DNA of 46,375 nucleotides from Escherichia phage N15: sequence record NC_001901.1; one strand, 5' to 3'. Shown piece by piece: positions 10,381 to 20,065 of this stretch (position 1 is its first letter; each line of letters starts with the position of its first letter). The notes under the pieces were generated by a model. It saw only the letters and a program-made list of their open reading frames with translations, ran no database searches and was not told where the DNA came from. The position numbers and the translations under genes were made by a program.

Positions 10381-12874
10381 CCTGGTCGTTAACCTTGACG
10401 TTAACTCGACAAAATTCAACGAGCAGCTCAGCTACGTTAAAAAAGAATTAAAGCAGACCGGCAATACGGCAAACGATGAAGCGTTACGTATCCAGCAGTC
10501 CTTCAGCCGCCAGGAGAACGCCGCGCGTAAGGCGGGTATTTCAGTGGGTCAGTATAACGCAGCGATGCGTATGCTCCCGGCGCAGTTTACTGACGTGGCC
10601 ACGCAGCTTGCGGGTGGGCAGAACCCCTGGCTGATTCTGCTTCAGCAGGGCGGTCAGGTTAAGGACTCCTTTGGCGGGATCATTCCGACATTCCGGGCGT
10701 TGCTGGGGACGATTTCCCCGTTGATGGTCGGCATTGGTGCATTGTCCGTTGCAACGGGCGCGTTGTTCTATGCCTGGTACCAGGGCTCTTCCACTCTGTC
10801 TGATTTCAACAAAACGCTGGTACTGTCGGGGAACACAGCCGGACTGACAGCTGACCGCATGCTGGCACTGGCGCGGAACGGACAGGCAGCGGGGCTAACG
10901 TTCAACCAGACCAGTGAAGCCCTGACCGAGCTTATCAATGCAGGTGTGCGTACTGGCTCGCGCTTTGATGAAATGAGCCAGGCGGTGGCGCGGTTTACTG
11001 ATGCCTCCGGCGTGCCGGTGGAGAAAGTCGCGGCAGCCTATGGCAAGCTCGCAACTGACCCGACATCGGGCCTGATCGCGATGGCCCAGCAGTTCCATAA
11101 CGTTACCGCTGAACAGATTGCCCATGTGGCGCAGCTGCAGCGTGCCGGTGATGAGGCTGGCGCACTGCAGGCGGCTAACGAGGCTGCAACAGCCGGATTC
11201 AACGACCAGACCAAAGCCATCCGCGACAATATGGGGACGATTGAATCTTCAGCGGACTCCCTGAAGCGCGCCTTCAAGTCGATGTGGGATGCGGCTCTGG
11301 ATATTGGGCGACCTGACACCGCGCAGGAGATGGTGGCAAAAGCCGAAGCTGCGTTCAAAAAAGCCGATGAAATCTGGAACCTGCGTAAAGGTGACCGATA
11401 TGTCAATGATGAGGCCCGCGCCCGATTCTGGAATGACCGCGAAACAGCCAGACTGGCGCTGGATATGGCGCAGCAGCAGGCGGGAATAGCCAGGGCGAAT
11501 GAAGAGAATGCATCGCGCGAAGCGGCTGCTGAATCGGATCGCCAGAAGTATGCTGCGCAGGCACAGGCAAACTATGCCAAAACGCAGACGGCACTGGAGA
11601 AATACACGGCCAGGCAGAGCGAGCTTAACAAGGCGCTGAAAGAGGGGCGGATCCTCCAGGCTGACTACAACATCAACCTGGCTGCCGCGAAAAAAGAGTA
11701 CGAAGACACCCTTAAAAAGCCGAAGAAGACCCCGGCAATCAGAACCCCCGCAGGTGCCCGTGCAACCGATACGGCCAGCGCCCAGACGCTGGAGCTGCAG
11801 GCACAGCTGCGCACCCTGCAGGAGCATAAGAGCATCAATGACACCATCAGCCAGCAGCGTCAGGAGCTGTGGCGTCAGCAGTCCCGCTTTACGGTTCTGG
11901 AAGAGGCCGCGAAGACCCGGACGCTTTCTGCTGAGGAAAAATCCCTGCTGGCCAGTAAAAGCGAGGTGCTTTCCCGTGCGGAGCTGAATGCGAAGCTCGG
12001 CGATCAGATAGTGGCTCAGGAGCGGCTTAATCGCCTGCAGGATACGTCTCAAAAATACGTCACGCAGATCGGCGAGAAAACCCGAGCCCTGGCGGAAAGT
12101 GCTGGTATGAGCAGTCGTGCAGCACAACGCCGCAATGAAGAGGCCCAGCTTCTTCAGGGCTGGAAAAATGGTGGCGGGTCTGAGAACGATGCCGGTTATC
12201 AGAATGAGCTACAGGCGCTGCAGGCGTATTACGCCGAGCAGGATAAGCTGCGGGACGACTGGCAATCCGGGGCCAAATCCGCATGGGCAGATTATGTTGA
12301 TTCTGCTTCAGATGCTTATGGCCAGATGAAGTCGTTTGCCACCAGTACGTTTGATGGCATCGGGCAAAATATGGCTGACATGCTGACGCGCGGAAAGGCT
12401 GACTGGGCTGACTTCACCCGCTCCACGCTCTCCATGCTGACACAGATCCTGCTGAAACAGGCGATGGTAGGCCTGGTGGATTCAGCGACAACCGCGCTGG
12501 GATTTGCAGGTGGCGGTTATACCGGTTCAGGCGGGAAATATGAACCTGCAGGTGTCGTTCACCGTGGTGAATTTGTTTTCACCAAAGAGGCTACAAACCG
12601 GATCGGCGTCGGCAATCTTTACCGGATGATGAAAGGGTATGCCACGGGTGGGTATGTCGGGGGCGGTGGTACAGGTCCAGCTGCAGCACCTTTCGGTGTC
12701 AGTGTATATGCCCCGGTGACGGTCGAAAATGCTTCCGGTAACGCACAGCAGCAAAACGACGGAGACAGGCTGGGTAAAGCGTATCAGCAGGTGATTAACA
12801 AATCTGTCAACGATGGCATCGCCAGGGCAATCCAGCCCGGTGGGCTTATCTGGAATGCGACCAATCGCAGGTAA
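10358..12874 (+). CDS. Tail tape measure protein (lambda gpH-like)
   Basis: 838 aa, coiled-coil and Ala/Gln rich, with a central hydrophobic segment, located between the GT-like and M-like genes. Confidence 0.93.
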   Translation: MAQTAVGDLVVNLDVNSTKFNEQLSYVKKELKQTGNTANDEALRIQQSFSRQENAARKAGISVGQYNAAMRMLPAQFTDVATQLAGGQNPWLILLQQGGQVKDSFGGIIPTFRALLGTISPLMVGIGALSVATGALFYAWYQGSSTLSDFNKTLVLSGNTAGLTADRMLALARNGQAAGLTFNQTSEALTELINAGVRTGSRFDEMSQAVARFTDASGVPVEKVAAAYGKLATDPTSGLIAMAQQFHNVTAEQIAHVAQLQRAGDEAGALQAANEAATAGFNDQTKAIRDNMGTIESSADSLKRAFKSMWDAALDIGRPDTAQEMVAKAEAAFKKADEIWNLRKGDRYVNDEARARFWNDRETARLALDMAQQQAGIARANEENASREAAAESDRQKYAAQAQANYAKTQTALEKYTARQSELNKALKEGRILQADYNINLAAAKKEYEDTLKKPKKTPAIRTPAGARATDTASAQTLELQAQLRTLQEHKSINDTISQQRQELWRQQSRFTVLEEAAKTRTLSAEEKSLLASKSEVLSRAELNAKLGDQIVAQERLNRLQDTSQKYVTQIGEKTRALAESAGMSSRAAQRRNEEAQLLQGWKNGGGSENDAGYQNELQALQAYYAEQDKLRDDWQSGAKSAWADYVDSASDAYGQMKSFATSTFDGIGQNMADMLTRGKADWADFTRSTLSMLTQILLKQAMVGLVDSATTALGFAGGGYTGSGGKYEPAGVVHRGEFVFTKEATNRIGVGNLYRMMKGYATGGYVGGGGTGPAAAPFGVSVYAPVTVENASGNAQQQNDGDRLGKAYQQVINKSVNDGIARAIQPGGLIWNATNRR

Positions 12875-12879
12875 CAGTT

Positions 12880-13227
12880 ATGACGATAGAAACATTCTCC
12901 TGGGGGATTAAGGTCTCCAGCCAGCCCACCGAGGGAAGCAAAGACACTGTCAGGAAGATCCAGTTCGGCGACGGGTACGCACAGGTGAGCGGCTCAGGTC
13001 TGAATGACGAGATTCGCACCTATGAGTTTTCCTTTTCAGGGGATCCGATTACAGCGAATGAAATTCATGCCTTCCTTCGGCGGCATAAAGTGAAATCGTT
13101 TATTTTCACTCCGCCGTTCGGCGATACCGCGCTGTGGCGTGTCGAGGCTGACACGCTCAAAAAGGTGGTTAAAAACGTAAAAGTGATAACCGTAACCGCA
13201 ACGTTTGAACAGGCATTTGCACCATGA
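12880..13227 (+). CDS. Minor tail protein (lambda gpM-like)
   Basis: VRKIQFGDGYAQ...FIFTPP motif blocks as in lambda M. Confidence 0.9.
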   Translation: MTIETFSWGIKVSSQPTEGSKDTVRKIQFGDGYAQVSGSGLNDEIRTYEFSFSGDPITANEIHAFLRRHKVKSFIFTPPFGDTALWRVEADTLKKVVKNVKVITVTATFEQAFAP

Positions 13228-13979
13228 GTCTTAATGCTGATTATCAAAAACTTGAGCCGGGCAATGAAGTCCGGCTTTTTTCTGTCGATGGCACAGCGTT
13301 CGGTATGTCAGATGTACTCCGCTTTCACGCACATAACATCGCGCATACCCCGGAAGAGATTGAGGCTGCAGGCGGGGATGAGAATAAACTTCCGGCGAAG
13401 TCCATCTGGTGGCAGGGGGAGGAGTATAAAGCCTGGCCGTGTCAGGTTGAGGGTATTGAAGCGACCACGGACGGTACTAGTCCACAGCCAAAACTGACGG
13501 TGGCGAACCTCGACAGCTCTATCTCGGCGCTCTGTCTGGCGTATGACGATCTGCTGCAGGCGAAAGTCACTATCCATGACACGCTGGCGAAGTATCTGGA
13601 TGCCAGAAACTTTCCGCAGGGTAACCCCACCGCAGATCCGTCACAGGAAAAGCTGAAGGTCTTTTATATTGACGCCAGAAACACCGAGACGGATGAAGTG
13701 GTGGAATTTATCCTTTCCAGCCCGATGGATTTACAGGGCCGGATGATACCGACCCGGCAGCTGCATTCTCTGTGTTCCTGGTGCATCCGGAACAAATACC
13801 GAACCGGCGACGGCTGCGACTACGCCGGAACGCGCTATTTCGACAAGCACAATAACCCTGTTGACGATCCTTCGCTGGATGAATGCAACGGTACGCTGAC
13901 GGCCTGCAAGCTGCGTCATGGAGACAGCAACGAGCTGCCGTTCGGCGGTTTCCCCGGTACATCCCTTATCAGGAGCTGA
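13224..13979 (+). CDS. Minor tail protein (lambda gpL-like)
   Basis: Position and size. C-terminal Cys cluster CSWCIRN...GDGCDY...C (L-type Fe-S motif). Confidence 0.9.
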   Translation: MSLNADYQKLEPGNEVRLFSVDGTAFGMSDVLRFHAHNIAHTPEEIEAAGGDENKLPAKSIWWQGEEYKAWPCQVEGIEATTDGTSPQPKLTVANLDSSISALCLAYDDLLQAKVTIHDTLAKYLDARNFPQGNPTADPSQEKLKVFYIDARNTETDEVVEFILSSPMDLQGRMIPTRQLHSLCSWCIRNKYRTGDGCDYAGTRYFDKHNNPVDDPSLDECNGTLTACKLRHGDSNELPFGGFPGTSLIRS

Positions 13980-13980
13980 T

Positions 13981-14712
13981 ATGCGCCAGAAAACCATTGA
14001 TGCCATCATGGCGCACGCCGCTGCGGAATATCCGCGCGAGTGCTGCGGCGTGGTAGCGCAGAAAAGCCGGGTTGAGCGCTATTTCCCCTGCCGCAACCTC
14101 TCAGCCGAGCCGACAGAGCATTTTCACCTTTCTCCTGAAGACTACGCAGCTGCCGAGGACTGGGGGACGGTGGTGGCCATTGTTCACAGCCACCCTGACG
14201 CCACGACACAGCCGAGCGAACTGGATAAAGCGCAATGTGATGCAACGCTGCTGCCCTGGCATATTGTGAGCTGGCCGGAGGGGGATTTACGCACTATTCA
14301 GCCGCGCGGGGAACTGCCGCTACTGGAGCGCCCGTTCGTGCTTGGCCACTTTGATTGCTGGGGGCTGGTCATGAGCTATTTCCGGCAGACCCACGGTATC
14401 GAACTCCATGATTACCGCGTCGACTATCCCTGGTGGGAGAACAGCTATCCGGACAACTTCTATCAGGACTGCTGGTACGAGTGCGGATTCAGGGAGTTTG
14501 ACGGCCCGCCTCAGGAAGGGGACCTCGTCATCATGCAGGTGCAGGCGGATAAGTGGAACCATGCCGGAATATTGCTGGAAGGTAACATGCTGCTGCACCA
14601 TCTTTACGGGCATCTGAGCCAGCGCGTGCCGTATGGTGGCTACTGGCAGGAGCGCACGATGAAAATCGTTCGATATAAAGATGTAAGGGGTAATGAAGCA
14701 TGCAGGAAGTGA
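13981..14712 (+). CDS. Tail tip assembly protein (lambda gpK-like; JAB/MPN + NlpC/P60 domains)
   Basis: EYPRECCG...HSHP (JAB-like) and DCWGLV (NlpC/P60 Cys). ATG at 13981 directly after the L-like stop. Confidence 0.9.
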   Translation: MRQKTIDAIMAHAAAEYPRECCGVVAQKSRVERYFPCRNLSAEPTEHFHLSPEDYAAAEDWGTVVAIVHSHPDATTQPSELDKAQCDATLLPWHIVSWPEGDLRTIQPRGELPLLERPFVLGHFDCWGLVMSYFRQTHGIELHDYRVDYPWWENSYPDNFYQDCWYECGFREFDGPPQEGDLVIMQVQADKWNHAGILLEGNMLLHHLYGHLSQRVPYGGYWQERTMKIVRYKDVRGNEACRK

Positions 14713-15290
14713 TGAGCCGTATTGAGCTTGGCGGTGTGCTCGGAAAAACGTTCGGCAAAGTTCATCATCGCCTGATTTCCCGCGTGAGCGAGGCGGGTGT
14801 TGCGCTGGCAAAGACGGTTCCGGGATTTGAGCAGTTTATGATCTCCAGCCAGCGCCGTGGGCTCACTTATTCCGTATTCAAAGGGAAAAAGAATATTGGT
14901 GTTGATGACCTTGGCTTCCCGGTCACCGGCGATGTTATCCGCATTGTTCCGGTCATTATCGGGAGTAAAAAAGCGGGTGTACTACAGACTATTTTAGGTG
15001 CGGTTCTGGTTGCTGTCGGTGTGGTTCTTAATTTCACGCCCTGGGCTGCGGCTTCACCATTCTTCTACAAACTTGGTGCCGCAGTCATGCTGGGCGGCGT
15101 TGTCCAGATGCTTTCCCCTCAACCAGCGGGTCTGGCCAGCAAACAAAGCTCTGATAACCGCGCCTCCTACGCGTTTGGCGGGGTCACAAATACCGCTGCG
15201 CAGGGCTACCCGGTACCACTTCTTTATGGTCGTCGGCGAATTGGCGGCGCGATTATTTCTGCCGGGATATATGTCGAAGATCAGCAGTAA
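14700..15290 (+). CDS. Tail assembly protein (lambda gpI-like)
   Basis: Hydrophobic Gly/Ala core and C-terminal GYPVPLLYGRRRIGG resemble lambda I. An in-frame start at 14712 is also possible. Confidence 0.85.
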   Translation: MQEVMSRIELGGVLGKTFGKVHHRLISRVSEAGVALAKTVPGFEQFMISSQRRGLTYSVFKGKKNIGVDDLGFPVTGDVIRIVPVIIGSKKAGVLQTILGAVLVAVGVVLNFTPWAAASPFFYKLGAAVMLGGVVQMLSPQPAGLASKQSSDNRASYAFGGVTNTAAQGYPVPLLYGRRRIGGAIISAGIYVEDQQ

Positions 15291-15306
15291 ATAAAAACCT
15301 TCTTTC

Positions 15307-15330
15307 AGCCACCTCCGGGTGGCTTTTTTT
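15307..15330 (+). terminator. Intrinsic-terminator-like hairpin between the I-like and J-like genes
   Basis: AGCCACC-tccg-GGTGGCT followed by T7. Confidence 0.6.
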
Positions 15331-15341
15331 ATGGGCGCAAT

Positions 15342-18300
15342 ATGGCTACATCTACTCCGATTAGAGGCCGCAAGGGCGGCAGCTCCAGTTCCCGCACCCC
15401 TACCGAACAACCAGACGATCTCCAGTCCGTAGCGAAGGCCAAGATTCTTGTTGCGCTGGGAGAGGGGGAATTTGCCGGGCAGCTAACGGCTAAAGATATT
15501 TATCTTGATGGCACACCACTTGAGAACGCTGATGGGTCGCAGAACTTTAGCGGCGTGGCGTGGGAGTTCCGTCCGGGGACTCAGGCTCAAAACTACATCC
15601 AGGGAATCCCCGGTACCGAGAATGAAATCAGCGTCGGTACCGAAGTTTCAAGCGCTACCGCCTGGACGCACACCTTTACCAATACCCAACTGTCAGCTGT
15701 TCGTCTGCGGCTCAAATGGCCATCGCTGTTTAAACAGGAGGACGACGGCGATCTGGTTGGCTATTCGATTAACTACGCTATTGATCTGCAGACCGATGGC
15801 GGCACCTGGCAGACGGTGCTTAATACCAGCGTAACCGGGAAAACAACATCCGGCTACGAGCGCAGCCACCGTATCGACTTACCACAGGCGGGAAGCACAT
15901 GGACGGTACGCATTCGCAAGCTCACGGCAGATGCCAATAGCGCGAAAATAGGCGACAAGATGACGCTGCAGAGCTACACAGAGGTCATTGACGCCAAACT
16001 GCGTTATCCAAATACCGCGCTGCTGTACATCGAATTCGACTCAAGCCAGTTTAACGGCTCTATCCCGCAAATATCCTGCGAACCGCGAGGGCGTGTTATC
16101 CGCGTACCGGATACTTACGACCCAGAAACCCGCACTTATAACGGCACCTGGCTGGGGACGTTTAAATGGGCATGGACTGATAATCCGGCCTGGATTTTTT
16201 ACGATCTGGTGGTGAGTGACCGCTTTGGCCTTGGCGACCGCCTGACGGCAGCAAATATTGATAAATGGACGCTTTACCAGGTTGCACAATATTGCGATCA
16301 GCCGGTACCAGACGGAAAAGGCGGTTCCGGCACCGAGCCTCGCTATACCTGTAACGTGTATGTGCAGGAGAGGAATGACGCTTATACCGTTTTGCGTGAT
16401 TTTGCGGCCATATTCCGTGGCATGACGTACTGGGGCGGCGATCAAATCGTTGCGCTGGCTGATATGCCCCGCGATGTGGATTACAGCTATACGCGCGCTA
16501 ATGTGGTTGACGGCCGTTTTACCTATTCAGGCAGCACCACGAAAACCCGCTACACCACGGCACTGGTTTCCTGGTCCGATCCGGGCAACGCCTATGCAGA
16601 CGCGATGGAGCCTGTATTTGAACAGGAACTCGTGTCCCGCTTTGGTTCAAACCAGCTCGAAATGACAGCTATTGGTTGTACCCGACAGTCAGAGGCAAAC
16701 CGTAAGGGGCGCTGGGGTATCCTGACCAATAATAAGGATCGCGTCGTATCGTTCAATGTCGGTCTGGACGGCAACATTCCACAGCCCGGTTATATTATTG
16801 CGGTTGCCGATGAGCTGCTATCCGGGAAGGTGATGGGAGGGCGTATCAGAGCGGTTAATGGTCGCGTCATTACTCTAGATCGTGATTCTGCAGCAGCAGC
16901 CGGAAGCCGCCTCATGGTTAACCTGCCGTCTGGCGCATCGCAGAGCAGGACGATACAGAGCGTAAACGGTCGGGCGGTCACCGTGACCACGGCATACAGC
17001 GAAACGCCGGAAGTAGAATCGGTGTGGATTGTCGAATCCGACGAGCTTTATGCGCAGCAATATCGCGTTATTAGCGTCGCTGATAATAATGATGGAACGT
17101 TTTCGATTTCGGGTGTTTTTCACGATCCGGATAAGTATGCCCGTATTGATACCGGCGCAATCATCGACCAGCGACCAATAAGCGTTATTCCTCCAGGTAA
17201 CCAGTCTGCGCCAGCCAATATTGTGATCAGCTCGTTTTCGGTGGTTCAGCAGAATGTCAGCGTTGAGACCATGCGCGTCAGCTGGGACCAGGCGAAAAAC
17301 GCAATTGCCTATGAGGCACAGTGGCGTCGTAATGACGGGAACTGGGTGAATGTGCCGCGCAGCTCCACCACATCCTTCGATGTTCCGGGCATTTACGCAG
17401 GACGCTATCTGGTTCGTGTGCGTGCCATAAATGCCGCCGAAATTTCGTCCGGATGGGGCTATTCAGAAGAGAAAACGCTGACGGGGAAAGTGGGCAATCC
17501 GCCAAAGCCTGTTGGATTCACGGCCACGGGCATTAACTGGGGGATTCGTCTGAACTGGGGGTTTCCGGCAAACACCGGCGATACGTTAAAAACGGAAATC
17601 CAGTACACAGCTAATAGCGACTTTTCAGATCCTTTGCTGCTTACCGACGTCCCATATCCCTCATCTGAATATATCCAGCTTGGACTGAAGGCTGGGCAAG
17701 AGTTCTGGTACCGCGCGCAGCTGGTCGACAGAACGGGTAACGAGTCCGGGTATACCGACTGGATAAGGGGGATGTCTAACGATAATGCCGATGATTATCT
17801 TGGCGATCTTGCAGACGACTTTATGAAGGCGGAGGACGGGGAGCGTCTTACCGGTGATATAGATACCAATATTGAGGGAATACTGCAGAACGCGCTGGCC
17901 AATCATGGAACAGTCGAGCATCAATGGGCGCAATACGGAGAAGTTCGTGCCGATATTCTTGTAGTCAAAACGACTATTGCTGAAGTTGACAGGGCAATGG
18001 CCGAAATGTCAACTCAGGTGCAGGCGCAGATAAGCGACGTCACTGCGGCACTGGAGGACAAACTTACCGCCGTGGTCGATGCCTCCGGCGCTTCGGCGAT
18101 CTACACCCTTAAAGCAGGCGTGAGGATAAACGGCATCATGTATAACGCAGGGATGTCGATTGCCGTTCTGGCGCAGGCAGGGCAGCCGATTGTTACCCGC
18201 GTAGGTTTCAACGCTAACCAGTTCGTGCTGATGAGTGGCAGTGGTGATACCCAGTATTCGCCGTTCGCGGTGGTTAATGGCCAGGTCTTTATCAGCTCTG

Positions 18301-18527
18301 CGTTTATCCAGGATGGCACGATCACGAATGCCAAAATCGGTAATTTTATCCAGTCCAACAATTATGTCGCCGGGCAGTCCGGGTGGAAACTGGATAAAGG
18401 AGGTACCTGGGAAAACTACGGCAGCGACGGGGAGGGCGCAAGAAAGACTACGAATGTAACGGACAGCATCAGGGACGCGAACGGCGTTCTCCGCGTACAG
18501 ATTGGTAAAATTACGGGGGTATTTTGA
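15342..18527 (+). CDS. Central tail fibre / host specificity protein (lambda gpJ-like)
   Basis: 1061 aa. J-like N-terminal two thirds, FN3 repeats (YLVRVRAINAAEISSGW), and a divergent C-terminal receptor-binding part. Confidence 0.93.
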   Translation: MATSTPIRGRKGGSSSSRTPTEQPDDLQSVAKAKILVALGEGEFAGQLTAKDIYLDGTPLENADGSQNFSGVAWEFRPGTQAQNYIQGIPGTENEISVGTEVSSATAWTHTFTNTQLSAVRLRLKWPSLFKQEDDGDLVGYSINYAIDLQTDGGTWQTVLNTSVTGKTTSGYERSHRIDLPQAGSTWTVRIRKLTADANSAKIGDKMTLQSYTEVIDAKLRYPNTALLYIEFDSSQFNGSIPQISCEPRGRVIRVPDTYDPETRTYNGTWLGTFKWAWTDNPAWIFYDLVVSDRFGLGDRLTAANIDKWTLYQVAQYCDQPVPDGKGGSGTEPRYTCNVYVQERNDAYTVLRDFAAIFRGMTYWGGDQIVALADMPRDVDYSYTRANVVDGRFTYSGSTTKTRYTTALVSWSDPGNAYADAMEPVFEQELVSRFGSNQLEMTAIGCTRQSEANRKGRWGILTNNKDRVVSFNVGLDGNIPQPGYIIAVADELLSGKVMGGRIRAVNGRVITLDRDSAAAAGSRLMVNLPSGASQSRTIQSVNGRAVTVTTAYSETPEVESVWIVESDELYAQQYRVISVADNNDGTFSISGVFHDPDKYARIDTGAIIDQRPISVIPPGNQSAPANIVISSFSVVQQNVSVETMRVSWDQAKNAIAYEAQWRRNDGNWVNVPRSSTTSFDVPGIYAGRYLVRVRAINAAEISSGWGYSEEKTLTGKVGNPPKPVGFTATGINWGIRLNWGFPANTGDTLKTEIQYTANSDFSDPLLLTDVPYPSSEYIQLGLKAGQEFWYRAQLVDRTGNESGYTDWIRGMSNDNADDYLGDLADDFMKAEDGERLTGDIDTNIEGILQNALANHGTVEHQWAQYGEVRADILVVKTTIAEVDRAMAEMSTQVQAQISDVTAALEDKLTAVVDASGASAIYTLKAGVRINGIMYNAGMSIAVLAQAGQPIVTRVGFNANQFVLMSGSGDTQYSPFAVVNGQVFISSAFIQDGTITNAKIGNFIQSNNYVAGQSGWKLDKGGTWENYGSDGEGARKTTNVTDSIRDANGVLRVQIGKITGVF

Positions 18528-18829
18528 TGACGTGGGGCATTCAGACGTGGGATGCCAATGGCAACCCGAACAATTACGGTATTAAGCCAGTTTCAGTGGT
18601 AGGCCGCATCCCGCTTTCTGAGGGGCAAAATTCCGGAAGCTGGTCTTTTGCCATTCCGGCAGGAATGAAGGTTGGGTTTGCCGTTTCTCTGGATAAGGGG
18701 GCGGTCTCTGTGGGACGACGTATCGTCGCCAGCGGAAATACGATAACTCTTTCCGCGGCAAGCAGCGTAGGGATTGGAAACTATCCAGCATCTGAATGTG
18801 AGCTCATAGTTTATGTGGAGAAAGCCTAA
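18524..18829 (+). CDS. Hypothetical tail-region protein
   Basis: ATGA-overlapped with the J-like stop. Shares the WG(I/F)xxWDAxG motif with the next ORF. Confidence 0.6.
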   Translation: MMTWGIQTWDANGNPNNYGIKPVSVVGRIPLSEGQNSGSWSFAIPAGMKVGFAVSLDKGAVSVGRRIVASGNTITLSAASSVGIGNYPASECELIVYVEKA

Positions 18830-19506
18830 TGGCAGATTATGGCGCGCTGATTGCTCTGGAAAACGGAAATCCTTTTATTACCCCACAGTCCACACCATTC
18901 TGTCTATACAGAAAGGTAGTGGTTAACTCAGTGGCAAATGGGGCATACCACGGTGCTTCTGCGACGGTAGCTCTGGATGCTTCTTATCCGGCGATGGTTT
19001 TTTGCAAAACGAGTGATACAGCCCAGCCCACTACAGTCGGGGCAACCCGGTCAGGAGGAAACATTCTTGTTGGATCGAGCAGTCCTTATGGACAGGCACA
19101 TACATTAACGGCTTACATCTTTGCTATTTATCCTCAGACATTGCCAAAATGGGGATTTGCTATCTGGGATGCCACTGGGAAGTTGGTTCTGACAAACGAA
19201 AGTCGGATATTGAGTGACCTTGTGACTGTTGGGTCGCCTGGATCTACGACAGGTGGAATTAATATTGACGTCACTCTGCCTGGTAGTTATGCGGTGGCAC
19301 CCGCTATTCTTGGCTCCCAGATAATCCAGAACAATAACACTAAACCACCCACTATTGTGAATATCACCGCTTACTCAGGATGTCGGTTTAATGGTTCATC
19401 AACCAGAATTAATGCCGCGCCGTCGACAACGGCTACAGGTTCTGCTGCGGGAGGGACAACGACTGGAATAGCTTTGACGGCCATCAACACCGCAGCATAC
19501 GATTAA
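18829..19506 (+). CDS. Hypothetical tail-region protein (weak paralogue of 18524..18829)
   Basis: Coupled start (TAATG). Contains KWGFAIWDATGKLVL, similar to TWGIQTWDANGNP upstream. Confidence 0.6.
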   Translation: MADYGALIALENGNPFITPQSTPFCLYRKVVVNSVANGAYHGASATVALDASYPAMVFCKTSDTAQPTTVGATRSGGNILVGSSSPYGQAHTLTAYIFAIYPQTLPKWGFAIWDATGKLVLTNESRILSDLVTVGSPGSTTGGINIDVTLPGSYAVAPAILGSQIIQNNNTKPPTIVNITAYSGCRFNGSSTRINAAPSTTATGSAAGGTTTGIALTAINTAAYD

Positions 19507-19617
19507 TTGATCGTTATTATCGATTGATTAATGAATATCTATATACCTTATTGGCTATTATTGGCATCGTAATACTGTTATTGTTTATAAACTTATATTT
19601 ACGGGGAATTTTCAAAA

Positions 19618-19854
19618 ATGGGAAAAACCATTATTGCCATTGGATTTTCGTTATTACTTTCTGGATGCTCAGGTATGCTCGAAAAGCAGTCTCCAGTGTG
19701 TACTGGCACAGCTTTGATAGGTGGTCAGGAAACAGAAGTTCAAATTTACAGCATTCGTAAGCAAAACAATCAGACTATGTATCGAGCTGGCTATCCGTTC
19801 AATTGGCAGTGGGTTGGGAAAAATAACTTTATTTCAACCACGTGTGGCACCTAA
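19618..19854 (+). CDS. cor: Cor-type lipoprotein (FhuA-dependent superinfection exclusion)
   Basis: Lipobox LLLSGC in MGKTIIAIGFSLLLSGCSG. 78 aa, on a low-GC island downstream of the J-like gene. Cor of N15/phi80 is known at this position. Confidence 0.8.
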   Translation: MGKTIIAIGFSLLLSGCSGMLEKQSPVCTGTALIGGQETEVQIYSIRKQNNQTMYRAGYPFNWQWVGKNNFISTTCGT

Positions 19855-20023
19855 ATTTGTTATTAAAAATGCTATAAGGTAGCATTATGTCGCTGTTGTG
19901 AATCCACCTATGCGGATGGGCGTACAGCTGAGCTATCTCTGATGAGATCGTAAACGAGACCGCGGACTCTTTGGCTGGAGAGTTCACTGGGAGGCACCCA
20001 GCACAACAGCAACCAATTACAAA

Positions 20024-20045
20024 CCCTGCTTCGGCAGGGTTTTTT
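20024..20045 (+). terminator. Rho-independent terminator upstream of the side tail fibre gene
   Basis: CCCTGC-ttcg-GCAGGG followed by T6. Confidence 0.8.
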
Positions 20046-20065
20046 ATTGCCCAAAAGGAGGGCAT

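Noticed and set aside
11249-12127. 292-aa ORF on the minus strand
   Set aside because: It is antisense to the tape measure gene. The product is a low-complexity Leu/Arg-rich translation typical of the reverse frame of an Ala/Gln-rich coiled-coil gene.
19524-19760. 78-aa ORF with a hydrophobic N-terminus overlapping the cor start
   Set aside because: It has a TTG start and no RBS. It runs out of frame through cor in an AT-rich stretch where Ile/Leu/Phe-rich translations arise by composition. Cor has the convincing lipobox.
19939-19960. Hammerhead-ribozyme-like string CUGAUGAG-AUCGUAAACGA-GAC
   Set aside because: Stem II would be only 3 bp. The essential CGAAAC core reads CGAGAC. No convincing stems I/III or cleavage-site triplet could be drawn.
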